Source: Neoechinorhynchus agilis (lineage: Eukaryota; Animalia; Acanthocephala). Taken from it: a stretch of 64,000 nt of DNA. The stretch is from contig CM121343.1 of NCBI GenBank assembly GCA_051530055.1, positions 4,558,389 through 4,622,388 on the forward strand, read 5' to 3'. The notes beneath the pieces were generated by a model that saw nothing but the letters and a program-made list of their open reading frames with translations, was not told the DNA's origin and ran no database searches. Shown here one piece after another: positions 60,859 to 64,000 of this stretch; position 1 is the first letter of the stretch, and each line of letters starts with the position of its first letter. A program made the position numbers and the translations under genes.

Positions 60859-61285
60859 GTTTATTTGTTAGTTAACAAAGAAAAGGACCCATGTATCTTT
60901 TGGTCCCTCGAATTCGAAGAATTTTTACTTAAGTTGACTATGGTTGGTGAATTTGTTTTTGGTTGGTAAAAAAATGTTAGTTGTTGTTTTCCGCTCTTTC
61001 GTAGGATTGAACAGTGGGGAAAAAACCGGAGGTAGAGATTTGTGCGAGGAACTGAAGAATGGAAGTTGTTGGGGCGACGCGAGTATTGTAATTGTGAGTA
61101 AAATGAGAAATGTGTGGTAGAAATTGAAGAGGAGGAAGAGAATGAAGGCGCTTTGAAAGATTAGGTAGAGGTGTTTTTTCTAAGGACGTGATGTGTGCCC
61201 GATTGTTGGTGTGTTTGGGTGTTTGTACGTGTTTGGGAGTATTCTTTTGTGTGTTTGTGCTTGTTTTTATCGAAGACTTGTTCAA
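60859..61285 (-). mobile_element. LINE-like 3' end (longer copy)
   Basis: Contains the 245-bp segment matching 45997-46241 plus upstream C/A-rich sequence in frame with SHFTHNYNTR. Confidence 0.65.
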
Positions 61286-61561
61286 ATTCTTTAGGACTTC
61301 ACCGGCAACCTAAGTTTGCTGCAAATAATAACAGAAGTGGAGTACTTTGTATACTGGAATTCATATCTTTGTACGCGAAGATTGACCTTCTTTTAAAAGG
61401 TAAATTTAGCTCACATATCGCAAAAAATATGTTTTTACTTTAGCCGCGATTTAGTGGGATTTCTAAGCTACTTGTGTCGAAACTACAAATGACAAAGTAT
61501 TCTTTTGACGATTTCTCATTCATGATGGTCTAAATAAGGCGTAACCATCGGATAAAATGGG

Positions 61562-64000
61562 CTAATCAGCCGATCTTTTATCAACAACAAGTCTGGGCGA
61601 TACGTTCATTGTCATTAGCTCCTGAAGCAACAGCTTACAGGCATAAGGTAAGTTGATCATCGTAATTCTTGTGCAGTTCTCACAGGCTCTGCATTCGAAT
61701 GTCCCTTGCTTGAAATTCGCGATAGCCATGAGTCCGCATTCATCGCATACAATTATCGAGTAAGGGTCGCTTACGTCGAAAAGTCTTTCTTTTAGGAACA
61801 TCGCGGAACCGTGTGCAATTTGGCAATCCCTTTCCATTTCACCGAACCGGAGACCGCCATCTCGGCTACGACCTTCCATTGGCTGCCTGTTAAGGTTTTG
61901 TACCGGTCCCCTGCTTCTAGCGTGAACCTTATCGTCAACCATGTGCTTGAGTCTTTGATAGTAAGTGGGTCCAATGAAGATGGTAGATCGCAGTTTATGT
62001 CCGGTGAACCCGTTGTACATGATTTCATTTCCGTGTTTTTGATACCCAAAATCCTGCAAAAGAAGGCTAATCTGGTGAACATTAACTTGATCGTTGAAGG
62101 GAGTCGCGTCACCTATTTCACCTTTCAATGCCGATACCTTGCTTTGAAGACATTCAATTAAATGCCCTATCGTCATACGGGAAGGAATGGCGTGTGGGTT
62201 AATGATCAAATCAGGTGTAATCCCTTCACTTGTAAATGGCATATCTTCCGTTCTGAAAAGCATCCCGATTGTTCCTTTTTGCCCATGCCTACTGGCGAAC
62301 TTGTCTCCTATTTGCGGTACCTTAACAGTCCTTACCTTTACTTTGGCTAATTTGTAACCTTCCTCGTTCACTGTAAGGACACTTGTTTCCACCACCCCTG
62401 ACTCATTGCTTCGCATGAAAATGCTTGAATCTCTTTTCTCGGTTCGGTGAGCATGATTTGTGATGCCATCATCCACATATTCCGATGGCGTAATTGTCGT
62501 TTTCCCAATTAGGACGTCATCGCCGGAAACACGGGTCCCTGGTGGAACCAAGCCGTCGAGGTCTAACTTTTCATATATAGCAAACCTGCATCCCCTCGTA
62601 GTCTTCCTGTCGGGACGCTCGATGGCATCAGTGAGACCGCTCCGCTTGTTTTCGGTTTGAACATAAGTTCTCCAAAAAATTGATCTAAACATCCCACGAT
62701 CGGCTGCACTCCAATTCATGATTATAGAATCTTCTTGATTGTAGCCAGAGTAGCATGCGATCGCTACTACGGCATTAAGTCCAGCTGGCATTTCTGAGAA
62801 TTTCACGAATTCCATCGATCTTGTGGCTGATAATGGTTTTTGGGAGTAAAATAAGCAGTGAGCCAGTGGATCCATACGAGCATTAAAATTTGTGCAATAT
62901 ATTCCAAGGGCCTGCTTACTCATTGCACTCTGATATGTGTTACGTGGCGATTGATTGTGATCAGGAAAAGGGATTAAACTGGCACAAACGCCGAGAACGG
63001 TACAAGGGTGGATTTCACAGTGAGTGAAGCGTGGAGTGTATGAAGATTCCTTTGCACCATAAACCGGTTTTCGAGAGAGGTCCTTTGGATACATGGCAAC
63101 CATGCATGTTTCTTCTTCTATCGCGTCCAGATACTCAATTATACCGTGATTTATCATTTCTGACCAACCGAAATTTCGCCACCCTTCTCTGTGTTCTTTC
63201 AAAAGCTCAATGTGAGGTTCTCTCAGTGTAAGTTTCTGGTTCTTTACAACCAGCAAAGGGCGACATACTCGTCCACAATCGGTGTGTATTGATACTTCTT
63301 GGTCATTGACATCATGGAGAATACTCGTATCATGTTGAATAGTCGATACATTCTTACGTAAGGTCCGAAGACAATTGACAAATAAGCGAGGCTGGGAATG
63401 AACACCTACAAGTCTTCCATTCAAAAAGACCTTTGCATATTCGCGCAGTTGAATCGATGTGATTTCTTTAAGATTGTTCATCCCATACTCCTGAAGTACA
63501 TCCAGAATTGGCCCAGCATCTGAACCCGTGGATATGGTCGCCATTAAAGCCAAATTCTTTACCAAACCAACCGCCTGGCCTTCAGGTGTTTCCGCAGGAC
63601 ACAACATACCCCAATGAGTGTTGTGAAGCTGCCTCGGTCTTGCAATCTTTCCTTCTCTACCCAAAGGAGAATTTATCCGTCTTAAATGTGAAAGTGTAGA
63701 AACGTATGTCAGTCTATTAAGCACTTGAGCTACGCCCGCTCGCGCTTGATGAGACCTTCTTTGGTCGCCCCAGTTACCAGTGGCAAGGGAGTACTTTAGT
63801 CCGCTTGTTATTAAAGCAGGTCTAAGCGCCATCTCAATGTTAAAACCACGGCCACGATTGAGGTGCTGTTGGGCGTACATCTTGACTTCACGGCAAACAT
63901 TTCGGAAGAGGGATCTGAACAGGTACGACATCAATGGACCTGCAAGGTCCAACCTTTTGTTGCCCAAATGATCCCTATCGTCGAGGTCACGGCGGCCTAA
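61562..64000 (-). CDS. POLR2B: RNA polymerase II second-largest subunit RPB2, 5' part outside window
   Basis: [79 protein letters not shown]; intronless over 2.4 kb. Confidence 0.99.
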   Translation of the reverse strand, partial: LGRRDLDDRDHLGNKRLDLAGPLMSYLFRSLFRNVCREVKMYAQQHLNRGRGFNIEMALRPALITSGLKYSLATGNWGDQRRSHQARAGVAQVLNRLTYVSTLSHLRRINSPLGREGKIARPRQLHNTHWGMLCPAETPEGQAVGLVKNLALMATISTGSDAGPILDVLQEYGMNNLKEITSIQLREYAKVFLNGRLVGVHSQPRLFVNCLRTLRKNVSTIQHDTSILHDVNDQEVSIHTDCGRVCRPLLVVKNQKLTLREPHIELLKEHREGWRNFGWSEMINHGIIEYLDAIEEETCMVAMYPKDLSRKPVYGAKESSYTPRFTHCEIHPCTVLGVCASLIPFPDHNQSPRNTYQSAMSKQALGIYCTNFNARMDPLAHCLFYSQKPLSATRSMEFVKFSEMPAGLNAVVAIACYSGYNQEDSIIMNWSAADRGMFRSIFWRTYVQTENKRSGLTDAIERPDRKTTRGCRFAIYEKLDLDGLVPPGTRVSGDDVLIGKTTITPSEYVDDGITNHAHRTEKRDSSIFMRSNESGVVETSVLTVNEEGYKLAKVKVRTVKVPQIGDKFASRHGQKGTIGMLFRTEDMPFTSEGITPDLIINPHAIPSRMTIGHLIECLQSKVSALKGEIGDATPFNDQVNVHQISLLLQDFGYQKHGNEIMYNGFTGHKLRSTIFIGPTYYQRLKHMVDDKVHARSRGPVQNLNRQPMEGRSRDGGLRFGEMERDCQIAHGSAMFLKERLFDVSDPYSIIVCDECGLMAIANFKQGTFECRACENCTRITMINLPYACKLLLQELMTMNVSPRLVVDKRSAD

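Noticed and set aside
60845-60875. Spliced-leader RNA target (AACTAAC, as in trypanosomatid SL) next to CRE
   Set aside because: Only 7 nt match; no donor or Sm site; genes are metazoan-type.

Overview
Compact, AT-rich eukaryotic (metazoan-type, strongly divergent, possibly parasite-like) genomic window; the organism cannot be fixed from sequence alone. Housekeeping genes with mostly 26-50 nt introns: SZT2 (partial), PRUNE-type exopolyphosphatase, MVD, a SUMO, TENT5/FAM46, PAM16, PGM2, PMS2, a Patched-domain protein, CDK11, POLR3F, TFIIA-gamma, an ARM/HEAT protein and POLR2B (partial). A few single-base frameshifts in conserved genes suggest uncorrected assembly indels. Intergenic and intronic DNA carries decayed mobile elements: CRE-type restriction-like-endonuclease retrotransposon fragments, a LINE RT and LINE 3' ends, Penelope-like GIY-YIG fragments, a tRNA-Leu-like SINE family, MITE-like foldbacks and possible Polinton integrase remnants. 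Three observations stand out. (1) A 6.8-copy array of 201-bp units at 11.3-12.7 kb, each a 57-bp-arm rod carrying hammerhead-like cores on both strands. (2) A dispersed set of minimal hammerhead ribozyme motifs followed by AATAAA, several in long foldbacks; the best formed is at 42479-42517. (3) A divergent pair of paralogous secreted, furin-processed, very cationic Gly/Ala-rich peptide precursors at 28.9-30.2 kb. All homology calls were made by eye from remembered family motifs; no database search or folding program was run.
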